Assembly: GCA_038823825.1 (NCBI GenBank)
Contig: JAWBCC010000006.1
Span: 1-32,000 of the forward strand
Length of the DNA: 32,000 nucleotides
Reading direction: 5' to 3'
Source of the DNA: Candidatus Hadarchaeales archaeon
GTDB taxonomy: Archaea; Hadarchaeota; Hadarchaeia; Hadarchaeales; Hadarchaeaceae
Part shown: positions 8,809 through 19,407 of the stretch, in pieces
How positions within the stretch are numbered: position 1 is the first letter of the stretch
Layout of the letters: the number at the start of each line of letters is the position of its first letter
Translations under genes and position numbers: made by a program
Notes under the pieces: model-generated
What the model was told of the DNA's origin: nothing
The model's input: only the letters and a program-made list of their open reading frames with translations
The model's database searches: none

Positions 8809-9420
8809 ATGCTGCTGTCAGATAGAGACATTCTTGAAGAAATGAAAAACAAAAATATCATAATTGAACCGTTTGATCCTGCAAGATTGCAGCCGAATGG
8901 TTATGATATCTCTGTTGGTCCTGTCTATTACTGCCTGCGTCCAGATTTGGATGTTCTTTTTCCGTTTGATAAGGAGCTACTCGAGAAAGCTTTCGTGAGG
9001 AAAGTTGCGGAAACTAGAACGATTGAAGTTGGGGGGAAAAAGTTCCGCGGCAGGTTCATAGAGATTCCTCCACACGGATTTGTGCTCGCAGCGACCAGCG
9101 AGAGAGTCGGGACGAGAAATGGCGTAGTGGCATCGATACGCACGAGATCTTCTCTAGCGAGATGTGGGATTTGTGTAGTGAGGGGAGCAGGCTGGGGGGA
9201 TGTCGGGTTTGACGGTGTTTGGACAATAGAGATTCAGTCGGCGATAGACAAGACGTTTTACTTACCGGTCGGGTTGAGGGTTGGACAAATGGTTTTCTTC
9301 AAAACGAGAAGCCCGCCTCAAAACCCATATCAAGGAAAATATTCTGGATTTTCAGAGCCAGTTCTTCCATCACTTTACAAAGACAAAGAGCTGAGTAAAT
9401 TAGTGGAGGAAATAAAGTGA
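8809..9420 (+). CDS. dcd: dCTP deaminase (possibly bifunctional dCTP deaminase/dUTPase of the M. jannaschii DCD-DUT type)
   Basis: 203 aa. MLLSDRDILEE...IIIEPFD...LQPNGYDISVG at the N-terminus. RSSLARCG...AGWGDVGFDGVWTIEI catalytic block. C-terminal KYSG...PSLY tail, as in archaeal Dcd. Confidence 0.85.
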   Translation: MLLSDRDILEEMKNKNIIIEPFDPARLQPNGYDISVGPVYYCLRPDLDVLFPFDKELLEKAFVRKVAETRTIEVGGKKFRGRFIEIPPHGFVLAATSERVGTRNGVVASIRTRSSLARCGICVVRGAGWGDVGFDGVWTIEIQSAIDKTFYLPVGLRVGQMVFFKTRSPPQNPYQGKYSGFSEPVLPSLYKDKELSKLVEEIK

Positions 9421-10088
9421 AGGTGGAGCTTCTGGCTTTCACACCAGACCCGGAGAAAATAGCAGCAGTGTCTGCAAGATCTTGTAGGTCGATGAAGAGT
9501 GCAAAGGAACTTTTGGAAAGCGAGAATGAGGAGAAGCTTCTAAAGGTTCTGAAAACATGTGTGGAGCTCGGACATACATCCGTTTTAGAACACGCTGTGT
9601 TCACTTTTTCCATATCTGGCATTTCGCGAGCTTGTACGCATGAGCTTGTTCGCCACCGGATAGCCAGTTATTCTCAACAGAGCCAGAGAACAGTAAAAAT
9701 GGAAAGCGATATTTATATCGTTCCACCAAGCGTCAGGGAAAAACCCGAGGCGATGGCTGTCTATCAAGAAGTGATGACGAAAGTGAAAGACGCATATTCA
9801 AAACTCGTGGAAATGGGAATTCCTCTTGAAGATGCGAGATACGTTTTAACAAATGCGACCCCAACGAACATCGTTGTGACAATGAATGCAAGATCTCTTC
9901 TGAATTTCTTCGAGCTGAGGTGCTGTTTGAAAGCACAATGGGAGATCAGAGAACTGGCGAACGAAATGTTGAGGCTTGTAAAGAAAATCGCGCCAAGAAT
10001 TTTTGAAAAAGCTGGACCGCCCTGCATAAGCAGAAAGACTTGTCCGTATAAAGATGAGAGTTGTCCAATGTTCAAGGTGACCCTTTGA
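9417..10088 (+). CDS. thyX: Flavin-dependent thymidylate synthase
   Basis: 223 aa with the ThyX signature HELVRHRIASYSQQSQRTV (RHRxxSxxxQSxR). GTG start overlaps the dcd stop (GTGA at 9417-9420). GGAGGA lies 6 nt upstream. Confidence 0.92.
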   Translation: MKVELLAFTPDPEKIAAVSARSCRSMKSAKELLESENEEKLLKVLKTCVELGHTSVLEHAVFTFSISGISRACTHELVRHRIASYSQQSQRTVKMESDIYIVPPSVREKPEAMAVYQEVMTKVKDAYSKLVEMGIPLEDARYVLTNATPTNIVVTMNARSLLNFFELRCCLKAQWEIRELANEMLRLVKKIAPRIFEKAGPPCISRKTCPYKDESCPMFKVTL

Positions 10089-10810
10089 TCTCTGGAGTTG
10101 TTCCTCTTTCAACGATAGATTGGCCGGGAAAAATTTCGGTTGTTGTTTTCATGAGCGGATGCAATATGCGGTGTCCCTGGTGCCAAAACCCAGATTGCGT
10201 GCTTGGGGGAGTTAAAATGGAAATAGAGGAAGTTTTACGAACAATTGAAAGATCCATTCCAATGATCGACGCCATAATCCTTTCTGGAGGAGAACCAACA
10301 CTTCATCCGCAGGAATGTTTTGAAATCCTAAAGTTTGGAAAAAAGCTCGGACTTCTCGGAGCTTTAGAAACGAATGGAACACAGCCAGAAGTCTTGAGGG
10401 AGATCCTTCCATATTTGGACTTCTTGGCTGTGGACGTGAAGGCGCCCATATCCGACCCGAATCTTTACTCACTGGTCGCCGGTGGAGTTCAGGTGGATAC
10501 GGGAAAGATCGTGGAAAGTTTGAAAATTGCCATGGATTCTGGCATCGAACTGGAGCCTAGGACAACAATTGTGCCAGGACTGAACGACAATGAAACAATC
10601 GTTGAGAGAATCTGCAGGGATCTTCACGAAATCGGGGTGCGAAAACTCAGATTAACACAGTTCAGAAATGAGAGAACTCTTGACCCGGAGTTCCAGAAGA
10701 TACAACCGCCCAGCAGAGAAAAACTCATAAAGCTGGCACAGATTGCCCACCATTTGAAAATAGATGTGTGTATATTCACGGCGGAACGGGGATTGGAAAA
10801 AATTTCATGA
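10085..10810 (+). CDS. nrdG: Anaerobic RNR activating protein (radical SAM)
   Basis: Radical-SAM cluster GCNMRCPWCQN and the STIDWPGK motif. The ORF track starts at TTG 10061. I prefer TTG 10085 because GGTGA (10076-10080) sits 4 nt upstream, the same spacing seen for rps17e, rfcS and the PRC-barrel gene. That start overlaps the thyX stop (TTGA). Start uncertain. Confidence 0.85.
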   Translation: MISGVVPLSTIDWPGKISVVVFMSGCNMRCPWCQNPDCVLGGVKMEIEEVLRTIERSIPMIDAIILSGGEPTLHPQECFEILKFGKKLGLLGALETNGTQPEVLREILPYLDFLAVDVKAPISDPNLYSLVAGGVQVDTGKIVESLKIAMDSGIELEPRTTIVPGLNDNETIVERICRDLHEIGVRKLRLTQFRNERTLDPEFQKIQPPSREKLIKLAQIAHHLKIDVCIFTAERGLEKIS

Positions 10811-10827
10811 ATCGAAGTTTTCGTCAG

Positions 10828-11643
10828 CTATAGCTTTCCGGTGAGTACCCGGATGAGTCTTTCGCTTGTCTCCGTCAGAGATGACTGCTGAAGCTGGGGA
10901 GGATCTGCTTTTCCAACGATTATTTCGGCGAGCTTGTATATCGCCTCTGAGGCTTTGCAGTCCGGGTCGTAAACAACAAATGGCATCCCATGAAGCTCTG
11001 CCTCCTGAACTTTTCTGTCCTCCGGAATCTCGGTCAAGACATGAATTCCTTCGTATGCTCTGCTCAAAAACTCCTCTATTTCCTCGGGTGGGACTTCGGA
11101 TTTTCTTTCAACACGATTAACGACTACCCCTCTCGCCCAGCAACCCATCAAACCAGCGAAGCGGAGAACTTTGTAACCGTCAACTATGCTTGTGTAGGTG
11201 GGATTGCAAACGAGAAGCATCTCCTTGGCAGCAGCCATTGAGAGTATTGTTGTTTCTTGAAGACCTGCGGGGGCATCTATAAGGATGAAATCCGAAGAAC
11301 TCAGAAGATCTTGAATAACTTGGCGGACCTTTTTTCTATCTACTCCTGCGAGGGCTTCGTGGGCATCCTCGAACCTGAAGCCTGCCGGGAGTAGTCTTAC
11401 CCCGTGGCTTTCCCTCAAGGCTTCCGAAAGTTTTGCTCTACCTTTGATGACGTCGAGCAGACTCGCTTTTATCTGGTCTATGCCCATTACAAGAGCGAGG
11501 TTGGCCATCGTCAAGTCGGCATCCAAAATCGTGACTTTCTTACCCATAGCGGAAAGAGCCACACCTAAATTTGCCGCCAAGGTTGTCTTTCCCGTTCCTC
11601 CTTTACCGGAGGTTATCGAAATAGATCTGGGCCTGGGACGCAC
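10828..11643 (-). CDS. MinD/ParA-family (SIMIBI) ATPase, archaeal MinD-like
   Basis: 271 aa. Deviant Walker A SGKGGTGKTT. LDADL and IDAPAG motifs. GTG start with GAGGTG plus 4 nt upstream. Confidence 0.85.
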   Translation of the reverse strand: MRPRPRSISITSGKGGTGKTTLAANLGVALSAMGKKVTILDADLTMANLALVMGIDQIKASLLDVIKGRAKLSEALRESHGVRLLPAGFRFEDAHEALAGVDRKKVRQVIQDLLSSSDFILIDAPAGLQETTILSMAAAKEMLLVCNPTYTSIVDGYKVLRFAGLMGCWARGVVVNRVERKSEVPPEEIEEFLSRAYEGIHVLTEIPEDRKVQEAELHGMPFVVYDPDCKASEAIYKLAEIIVGKADPPQLQQSSLTETSERLIRVLTGKL

Positions 11644-11745
11644 TTTGCACCTCTCTTTTTATCGTGGCGAGGAGGTTTAAAAGTTAGAACATGACTATTT
11701 CTACGAATGTTTAAATTTCCTTAATACATAGAATAGTTTGATATC

Positions 11746-12315
11746 ATGACTGATAGAAAAAGGAGAAAACCATCAGACTTTTGGGATTGGGACGATTTCG
11801 AGGAACTTTTTGAAAAATTCATGAGAGATGCGTTAAGATTCTTCAAAGATATTGAAAAAGAGCAAGAGTTTTACATGCGCAAAGCACAACCAATGTTTGT
11901 TTCTTTTCGCATCGTTCAAGATGGGAAAAATCCTCCAAGAATAGAATTTTCACGTGGTGGGCCTGGAATTCGACCGGTAGAAGAAGTAAGGCCACATAAA
12001 ATCGAAATAAAGCCTGCAAAAATGGAGAAGAAACCCGGAGTGAAATACGAGGAAGCTCCGTATACTTACAATGTCGACCCGAGTAAAGTGAGCATCGAGA
12101 TAAACGTTGAGGGTGTTGAAAGCGAAGATAACATCGAAATGGATTTCGGAGAGGAATCTGTCGAAGTGAAGATATACTCGCCGAAAACTGGAAAGAACTA
12201 TTTTGCCGCACTTCCCCTGCCTGGAGAAGTTAACCCAGATGAAACAGAGATAAAAGTTGAGAAAGACAAAGTTGTGATCAAAATCCCGCGTGGATACACA
12301 ATCAGGCAGTATTGA
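11746..12315 (+). CDS. Atypical Hsp20/alpha-crystallin-like domain protein
   Basis: 189 aa. The acidic/aromatic N-region (DFWDWDDFEELFEKFMRD) resembles sHSP N-termini. The C-terminal ~85 aa alternate beta-strand-like segments (VSIEINVEGVESEDNIEMDF..SVEVKIY....YFAALPLPGEVNPDETEIKVEKDKVVIKIPR) like an alpha-crystallin domain. The match is weak and made by eye only. Confidence 0.5.
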   Translation: MTDRKRRKPSDFWDWDDFEELFEKFMRDALRFFKDIEKEQEFYMRKAQPMFVSFRIVQDGKNPPRIEFSRGGPGIRPVEEVRPHKIEIKPAKMEKKPGVKYEEAPYTYNVDPSKVSIEINVEGVESEDNIEMDFGEESVEVKIYSPKTGKNYFAALPLPGEVNPDETEIKVEKDKVVIKIPRGYTIRQY

Positions 12316-12421
12316 GTTTAGAATTTTACTCTCTTAGCGAGTGTGCGACTTGATCGAGAGAGATATTTAAGAATTCCAAAGACATTTGAATTGGTTATCC
12401 GAATTTAGAATGGGGGAATAG

Positions 12422-14611
<2,190 letters not shown>

Positions 14612-14671
14612 CGTAACAGAACATTTCTGAAGGTTTATAAATAGTGTGTGTGATAAACGAATGGTGAGAGG

Positions 14672-14980
14672 TTGGCATACATACTTGCAAGCAAGCTCAG
14701 ATCAATACCAGTGATATCTGACCGGGGACTCCAAGTTGGAAAGGTGATCGACCTTTCTTTTGATGAAACAAGCGGAAAGATAATTTCACTCATCGTTAAA
14801 CCTGTAAGTAGCGAGGCCTTTACCAACTTTCCGAAAAACGAGGATGGGACCATCTCGCTTCCGTTTACCGCTGTTGTGTCAATAAAAGATTTCGTTGTCG
14901 TCAGCGAAAAAGTCATCGGAATTCACCTGATGAAAAGCACACCAGAAAAGCCCGAGTCCTCTTCCCTACCACCCGTATAG
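14672..14980 (+). CDS. PRC-barrel domain protein (small, stand-alone)
   Basis: 102 aa. LRSIPVISDRGLQVGKVIDLSFDETSGKIISLIVKP is a typical PRC-barrel core. TTG start with GGTGA (14663-14667) plus a 4-nt spacer. TTTATAAATA box at 14634-14643. Confidence 0.7.
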   Translation: MAYILASKLRSIPVISDRGLQVGKVIDLSFDETSGKIISLIVKPVSSEAFTNFPKNEDGTISLPFTAVVSIKDFVVVSEKVIGIHLMKSTPEKPESSSLPPV

Positions 14981-15655
14981 AAGCCTACTCGCAAGAGAGG
15001 ACGGAAGCGATTCCTTCTTCATCAGAGAAATTTCTTCTTCTACGGGATACTTCACGCGCTTTATCTCCACGCGCGGATTCTCTCCTCTGAGATCGAGAAC
15101 CGCAAATCCTGCGTTTGGATTTCTGTCTTTAGGATGACCGACGCTTCCCGGATTTATGACGAGTTTACCGAAAAACATCTTGAAGAATTGTAGATGTGTG
15201 TGACCAATGATCACGATGTCGGCGTCCACATCGGCTAATATTTTTGAAAGACTTTCATTTGGCATCTCGGGGGAGACTCTACCATAGAGAGCATCACTTG
15301 GGCTGCCGTGAACTACCATGATCTTGAAACCGCCAATCTTTGTCTCTATTTTCTTTGGCAAACCTCTCAAAAACTTCATCGTTTCGTCATCGAGCTTTGC
15401 TCTCGTCCATGCACATGCTGTTTTGAACTCTTCAGAAAGTCTTTCAAAAGAGCCTGTGATGACCGCTAAATCGCAGTCACCAAGCACGCAGGATATTTTT
15501 TTCCTTTTCACAAGTCTTACAACCTGCTTAGGCCTGACACACATGCCAACGAGATCTCCAGCACAAAAGATTTTCTCCACTCTGGGCATCTCTCTCATCA
15601 CGGCACGGAAGGCTGAGAGATTTCCATGCACATCCGCGATCAGACCTATTCTCAT
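14966..15655 (-). CDS. Metallophosphoesterase, YfcE/MJ0936-like
   Basis: Motifs DVHG, AGDLVG, GDCD, VVHGS and GHTH in canonical order. The ORF-track start at 15658 is a TTG; the adjacent ATG at 15655 (MRIGLIADVHG) is more likely. The 3' end overlaps the convergent PRC-barrel gene by 15 bp. Confidence 0.85.
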   Translation of the reverse strand: MRIGLIADVHGNLSAFRAVMREMPRVEKIFCAGDLVGMCVRPKQVVRLVKRKKISCVLGDCDLAVITGSFERLSEEFKTACAWTRAKLDDETMKFLRGLPKKIETKIGGFKIMVVHGSPSDALYGRVSPEMPNESLSKILADVDADIVIIGHTHLQFFKMFFGKLVINPGSVGHPKDRNPNAGFAVLDLRGENPRVEIKRVKYPVEEEISLMKKESLPSSLASRLLYGW

Positions 15656-15679
15656 CAACCAAAATCGTATCCAGAATCT

Positions 15680-16363
15680 TTAAAGTAAACCTGCGAGAAT
15701 CGCCTCAATGACTTCGATGACACCGTCGCCATCTGGAGAATTCGTTACACCTGTGCATATTCGCTTCACATCATCAGGCGAATCGGCCACGGCGAAGCTC
15801 TTTCCAGCAGTTTTGAGAAGTTCGATGTCGTTCGGACCGTCGGCCACGGCAACTATCTCTTCCAAGGGAATTCCAAGTGATTCTGCGACAGCTCTCAAAG
15901 CGTTTCCCTTGTTGACATGTGGCTCTTTTATATGAATGGCAAACCCAGAATCAACAACAGCAAGATTGAACCCGTGCAAGATCAGAGTTTTTCGAACGTC
16001 TTCAACTGAAACCGTCCGCTCTATCGCTCCCCCGGCTAACCTGAAAGGAGAGCTCCTCGTTTCAACAACCCCAAGTTCCCTCTTCAAAACCTCAAGAGCT
16101 CTGTCAACCTCCTCTCGTCCCCCCAGCAATCTCATTTTCTTATTTATGAGCAAAACGCCCCCATCCTCGGCTATCAGCGGACCTGAAATTCCGATCATCG
16201 TTGCTACGGCATCCACAAACGGAAGAACGTTGCCACTCGCCAAGCAAATTTTGAGACCTCTTTCCTCAGCTTTTCTCATCGCCTCGGCTGCTCTAAGGTT
16301 CAGTTTTCTTTGCCTATCCGTTATCGTTCCATCTATGTCTAGGACGAGAAGTCTTGCCGTCAC
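15680..16363 (-). CDS. HAD-IIB phosphatase, archaeal phosphoglycolate-phosphatase type
   Basis: 227 aa. [11 protein letters not shown] nucleophile motif. ASGNVLPF...[12 protein letters not shown] closely resembles archaeal PGPases such as the Pyrococcus/Thermoplasma type. GDGPND-like ADGPND motif. GTG start overlaps the radA stop (GTGA). Substrate is not proven. Confidence 0.75.
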   Translation of the reverse strand: MTARLLVLDIDGTITDRQRKLNLRAAEAMRKAEERGLKICLASGNVLPFVDAVATMIGISGPLIAEDGGVLLINKKMRLLGGREEVDRALEVLKRELGVVETRSSPFRLAGGAIERTVSVEDVRKTLILHGFNLAVVDSGFAIHIKEPHVNKGNALRAVAESLGIPLEEIVAVADGPNDIELLKTAGKSFAVADSPDDVKRICTGVTNSPDGDGVIEVIEAILAGLL

Positions 16364-17310
16364 TCAGTGTCCCTTATTCCATCCTGCGTTATGGCAAAAA
16401 CCACTTCTCTTTCTGGCAAACAGGGGCTATCGTATATCCTCGCTATCCTCTTTGGGTTCTTCGATTTTCTGAGGTATATCCTGGTAGTCGCGGCATGAGC
16501 TAGAATATGGCCACCCACTGGTTTGGTCGGGTCTCCAAAAAACATGCTCGGATCAGCCAAAACTTGATTCGTAACATAAACGGCGAGATCAAAGGAATCC
16601 GCCAAGTAGTGGAGATCCATTAGATGTCTGTTCAGCTTCTGTTGTCTCTCAGGCATTTTTTCTCTTCCATGATATTCCGCACGGAAAAGCGAGGTGACGG
16701 AATCAACTACAACAAGTTTTATGTTTTCCTTCTCCGCAAACTCCTCGATCTTTTTGACCATCACCATTTGCTGATCCGTGCTGTAAACCCTTGCCACCTT
16801 TATATTCTTGAGCACGCTCGTCGGATCCAGACCGACAGCGATCGCCATATCCCTTATCCTTTCCGGCCTGAAGGTGTTTTCAGTATCGATATAAACCGCT
16901 TTCCCCCCCAAACCGCCCATTTCGCGTGGAAGTTGAACATTAACGCAGAGCTGGTGAGCGAGCTGTGTTTTTCCGGATCCAAACTCACCAAATGCCTCCG
17001 TCACGGCCTGCGTCTCCACGCCACCTCCCAAAAGCTCGTCAAGCTTCTTGCTTCCAGTTGTTATCCATCCTATCTTTTCTCTCCTCCTGAGCATATCCTC
17101 CCCAGTCATAAAGTTGTCAAAGCCAAGCACCTCCCTCGCAGCGGATATTATCTTCCGAGCAGTCGCTTCTCCGATTTCCGCGACGGAGATCAGTTCATCG
17201 ACGGAAACTGTTGCCAGAGAACGTACACTCGAAAAACCGGCTGTTCTGAGTTTTTCCGCTATTGCAGGCCCGATGCCGGGCAAATCTTCCAACTTGAGAT
17301 TTTCCCTCAT
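16360..17310 (-). CDS. radA: DNA repair and recombination protein RadA
   Basis: 316 aa. N-terminal HhH ([20 protein letters not shown]). Walker [10 protein letters not shown]. Walker B LVVVDS. ATG overlaps the rpa stop (ATGA). Confidence 0.95.
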   Translation of the reverse strand: MRENLKLEDLPGIGPAIAEKLRTAGFSSVRSLATVSVDELISVAEIGEATARKIISAAREVLGFDNFMTGEDMLRRREKIGWITTGSKKLDELLGGGVETQAVTEAFGEFGSGKTQLAHQLCVNVQLPREMGGLGGKAVYIDTENTFRPERIRDMAIAVGLDPTSVLKNIKVARVYSTDQQMVMVKKIEEFAEKENIKLVVVDSVTSLFRAEYHGREKMPERQQKLNRHLMDLHYLADSFDLAVYVTNQVLADPSMFFGDPTKPVGGHILAHAATTRIYLRKSKNPKRIARIYDSPCLPEREVVFAITQDGIRDTE

Positions 17311-19340
17311 TTCTCTTCCACCTTAAACTCTTCCCTCATCATTTTTATCTTCTGGAGTAGCGCGTCCGCTTCCTTCGTCGGCTCAACTGGAATGATTTCC
17401 CTTGCTCGGATTTCCAGCATCCCTGAAAACACATCCTGCTTGAGAGTTCCCCGAACCACGATTTCTTTTCCTAACACCTTCTGCACCGCTTCATCCGGAG
17501 ATTTCACAATTTCCTCCAAATTTGAGCCAACCAAACGCTCCACCAGCTCGCCGAAAGTGGCAACTCTTATCACACCGGAACCGTCGTCCAAAAGAAAACC
17601 TAGAACCGCTCTCGGCTTCGGTTCTACCACCCCACAGATTGGACAGAGGTTTCCTTCTTCGGAGGTAATCGTGCGAGAGCATCTCGGGCATACATTGAAA
17701 TATGGTCGTCTCGTCAAAATCTGTGCGATTGTGCCTCTTACTTCCACCTTTTCCCCAGGTTGCTGGAGTTCAGATATTTTCTTTCTCTCTTCCACCGGTA
17801 GCGCCGCTTCAACAGAGATTCCTGGCGGGTTGATTTCCATCACAGTCGTTTCACTGGTCTGAATTTCCACACCGTTCTGGAAACCTGGCACGCTGTAAAC
17901 GTCTATCAGCCTTATGACATCGTTGACTCTTATATCATTCACTCTCTCCGCCAACTCGCCCCAAAGAGAAACCCTGAGAGACCCAGAATCGTCGGCTATC
18001 CTGATTGAAGCCACCTTGCCAGTTGTTCCATCACTTCGCTGAAACTCTCTCACCGGCGAAACTTCTATAACTTTACCGACGACTTCTAAACATTCCATGT
18101 TCGGTTCCACTTCCGCGAGCTTCAATCTCACCGGTTTTATGTCTGCAACATCAACAGTGTTGATCTCTACCTTCGTTTCCTTTCCGACGTGGAGCTCTGG
18201 AAAGCCGCTTGGTCCAACCTTTGAATAAGCTTTTCTGACTAAAACCACGTCACCAACCTTGAGCGAATCTGATATCTTTACATTATCGTCCCAAAATGTC
18301 AATCTTATCGTTCCGGTCTCATCCGCTATAACAACACTCTGTATTTTTTTCAATGTGCCATCTTGCATTTTTACCTCGACCGGTCTCTGCTTCCTCTTTA
18401 CTCTTCCAGCTATGTTCACGTAGGCCATTGGTCCGATCACGTCTTTTATTTTCAGTAAAGGTGGTGACACGCTCGCTAGCTTCTCACCTTCCGGCGGGTT
18501 TACTATAATTCTCGATCTCTCGTCGATACTCAGCTCTGGGGTTTTGAAAGCACCGGTTTTCACCAGAGCGTTCTCGATCCTTACCACATCCCCCGGATTG
18601 CGCTTCTCAACTTCGTCTACCATCAAACCCCAAGCAGAAACCCTCACAACGTTTTTTCCGTCCGTGATAAAGAAGGAAACTACCTTTCCCACACTTCCGT
18701 CTTCTCTCTCAAACATTCTCACATCTGTTTTAGAGATAATTTTCCCGACGACATCTACTTCCATTCCTTCTCTGAGCTCCGAAAGGCTTACAGGAGATTC
18801 TGGAACCCATGGAAGATTTTCAACATCGACATCGGGCGGGTCTAGCTCAAGCGATCCACCAAATCCGAGCGAGAGCTCTGGCTTTCCATCCATTCCCTGT
18901 CTGACGTAACCATTTCTCAACCTGAGTATCCTACCTCTTCTTATCTCACCATCGAGGAGAGCATTCGCCTTCTCTCCCCAAAGAACTAACCTTACCATTC
19001 CCGTTTCATCGGCCAAGAAAACGCTTCCGATTTGTCCGCGCCTTCCATCCGAATATTCAAATTCTTTAGGAGGCAACACTCTCATGATCCTTCCCACAAC
19101 CTCAACTTTCGACATCCCTGGGAGAAGATCCGAAATCTTAAGCTGAACTGGAGCCGGGGTTGACAGCCTGAAGCTAAGACCGTATTCCCTTCCAACCAAA
19201 ATCGCTGCTGCCTTCAAGTTTATTATTCCTATATTCTGCTTTGTCTTCCATATTCTATCCAAGACTTCTTCCCTAGTAAGCCCACTCCTTCTGACTATCT
19301 CATCAACTATCTCATCGAACTCCATCGGCTGTGGATCCAT
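17307..19340 (-). CDS. rpa: Single-polypeptide replication protein A (four tandem OB folds plus a Zn-ribbon OB fold)
   Basis: 677 aa. Four ~100-aa repeats share the pattern (V/I)xGR/K(I/V)..........DG..G....(V/I)..aDe(T/S)G.(V/I)R(L/V)..W. The C-terminal OB fold is interrupted by CPRCSRT...CPICG. The layout matches the M. jannaschii-type RPA. GGAGGAT lies upstream of the ATG. Confidence 0.85.
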   Translation of the reverse strand: MDPQPMEFDEIVDEIVRRSGLTREEVLDRIWKTKQNIGIINLKAAAILVGREYGLSFRLSTPAPVQLKISDLLPGMSKVEVVGRIMRVLPPKEFEYSDGRRGQIGSVFLADETGMVRLVLWGEKANALLDGEIRRGRILRLRNGYVRQGMDGKPELSLGFGGSLELDPPDVDVENLPWVPESPVSLSELREGMEVDVVGKIISKTDVRMFEREDGSVGKVVSFFITDGKNVVRVSAWGLMVDEVEKRNPGDVVRIENALVKTGAFKTPELSIDERSRIIVNPPEGEKLASVSPPLLKIKDVIGPMAYVNIAGRVKRKQRPVEVKMQDGTLKKIQSVVIADETGTIRLTFWDDNVKISDSLKVGDVVLVRKAYSKVGPSGFPELHVGKETKVEINTVDVADIKPVRLKLAEVEPNMECLEVVGKVIEVSPVREFQRSDGTTGKVASIRIADDSGSLRVSLWGELAERVNDIRVNDVIRLIDVYSVPGFQNGVEIQTSETTVMEINPPGISVEAALPVEERKKISELQQPGEKVEVRGTIAQILTRRPYFNVCPRCSRTITSEEGNLCPICGVVEPKPRAVLGFLLDDGSGVIRVATFGELVERLVGSNLEEIVKSPDEAVQKVLGKEIVVRGTLKQDVFSGMLEIRAREIIPVEPTKEADALLQKIKMMREEFKVEEK

Positions 19341-19407
19341 TATCCTCCCTCGATGAAAACTCCTCCCACGTAAGAAAAACCGATTTTGAAGAGGTGAAGG
19401 AATGTAA

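Noticed and set aside
11676-11700. GTTAG (11683-11687) upstream of the hsp20-like gene as a possible A. fulgidus HSR1-type operator (CTAAC-N5-GTTAG), and a Phr-like TTTA...AAAA site.
   Set aside because: Only one half-site is present. There is no CTAAC partner at the required spacing, and the sequence does not fit the Phr consensus as I recall it on either strand.
16624-17862. 412-aa + strand ORF spanning the radA/rpa junction, and other long antisense ORFs (22924-23880, 13549-14280, 15936-16472, 12980-13507, 20152-20679, 5487-5936).
   Set aside because: Each is antisense to a gene with strong conserved motifs (RadA, RPA, IleRS, Cdc48, HAD phosphatase, HMGR, surface protein). The translations are Ser/Leu/Phe-rich with no recognisable motifs. 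They are shadow ORFs caused by the codon bias of the sense gene.
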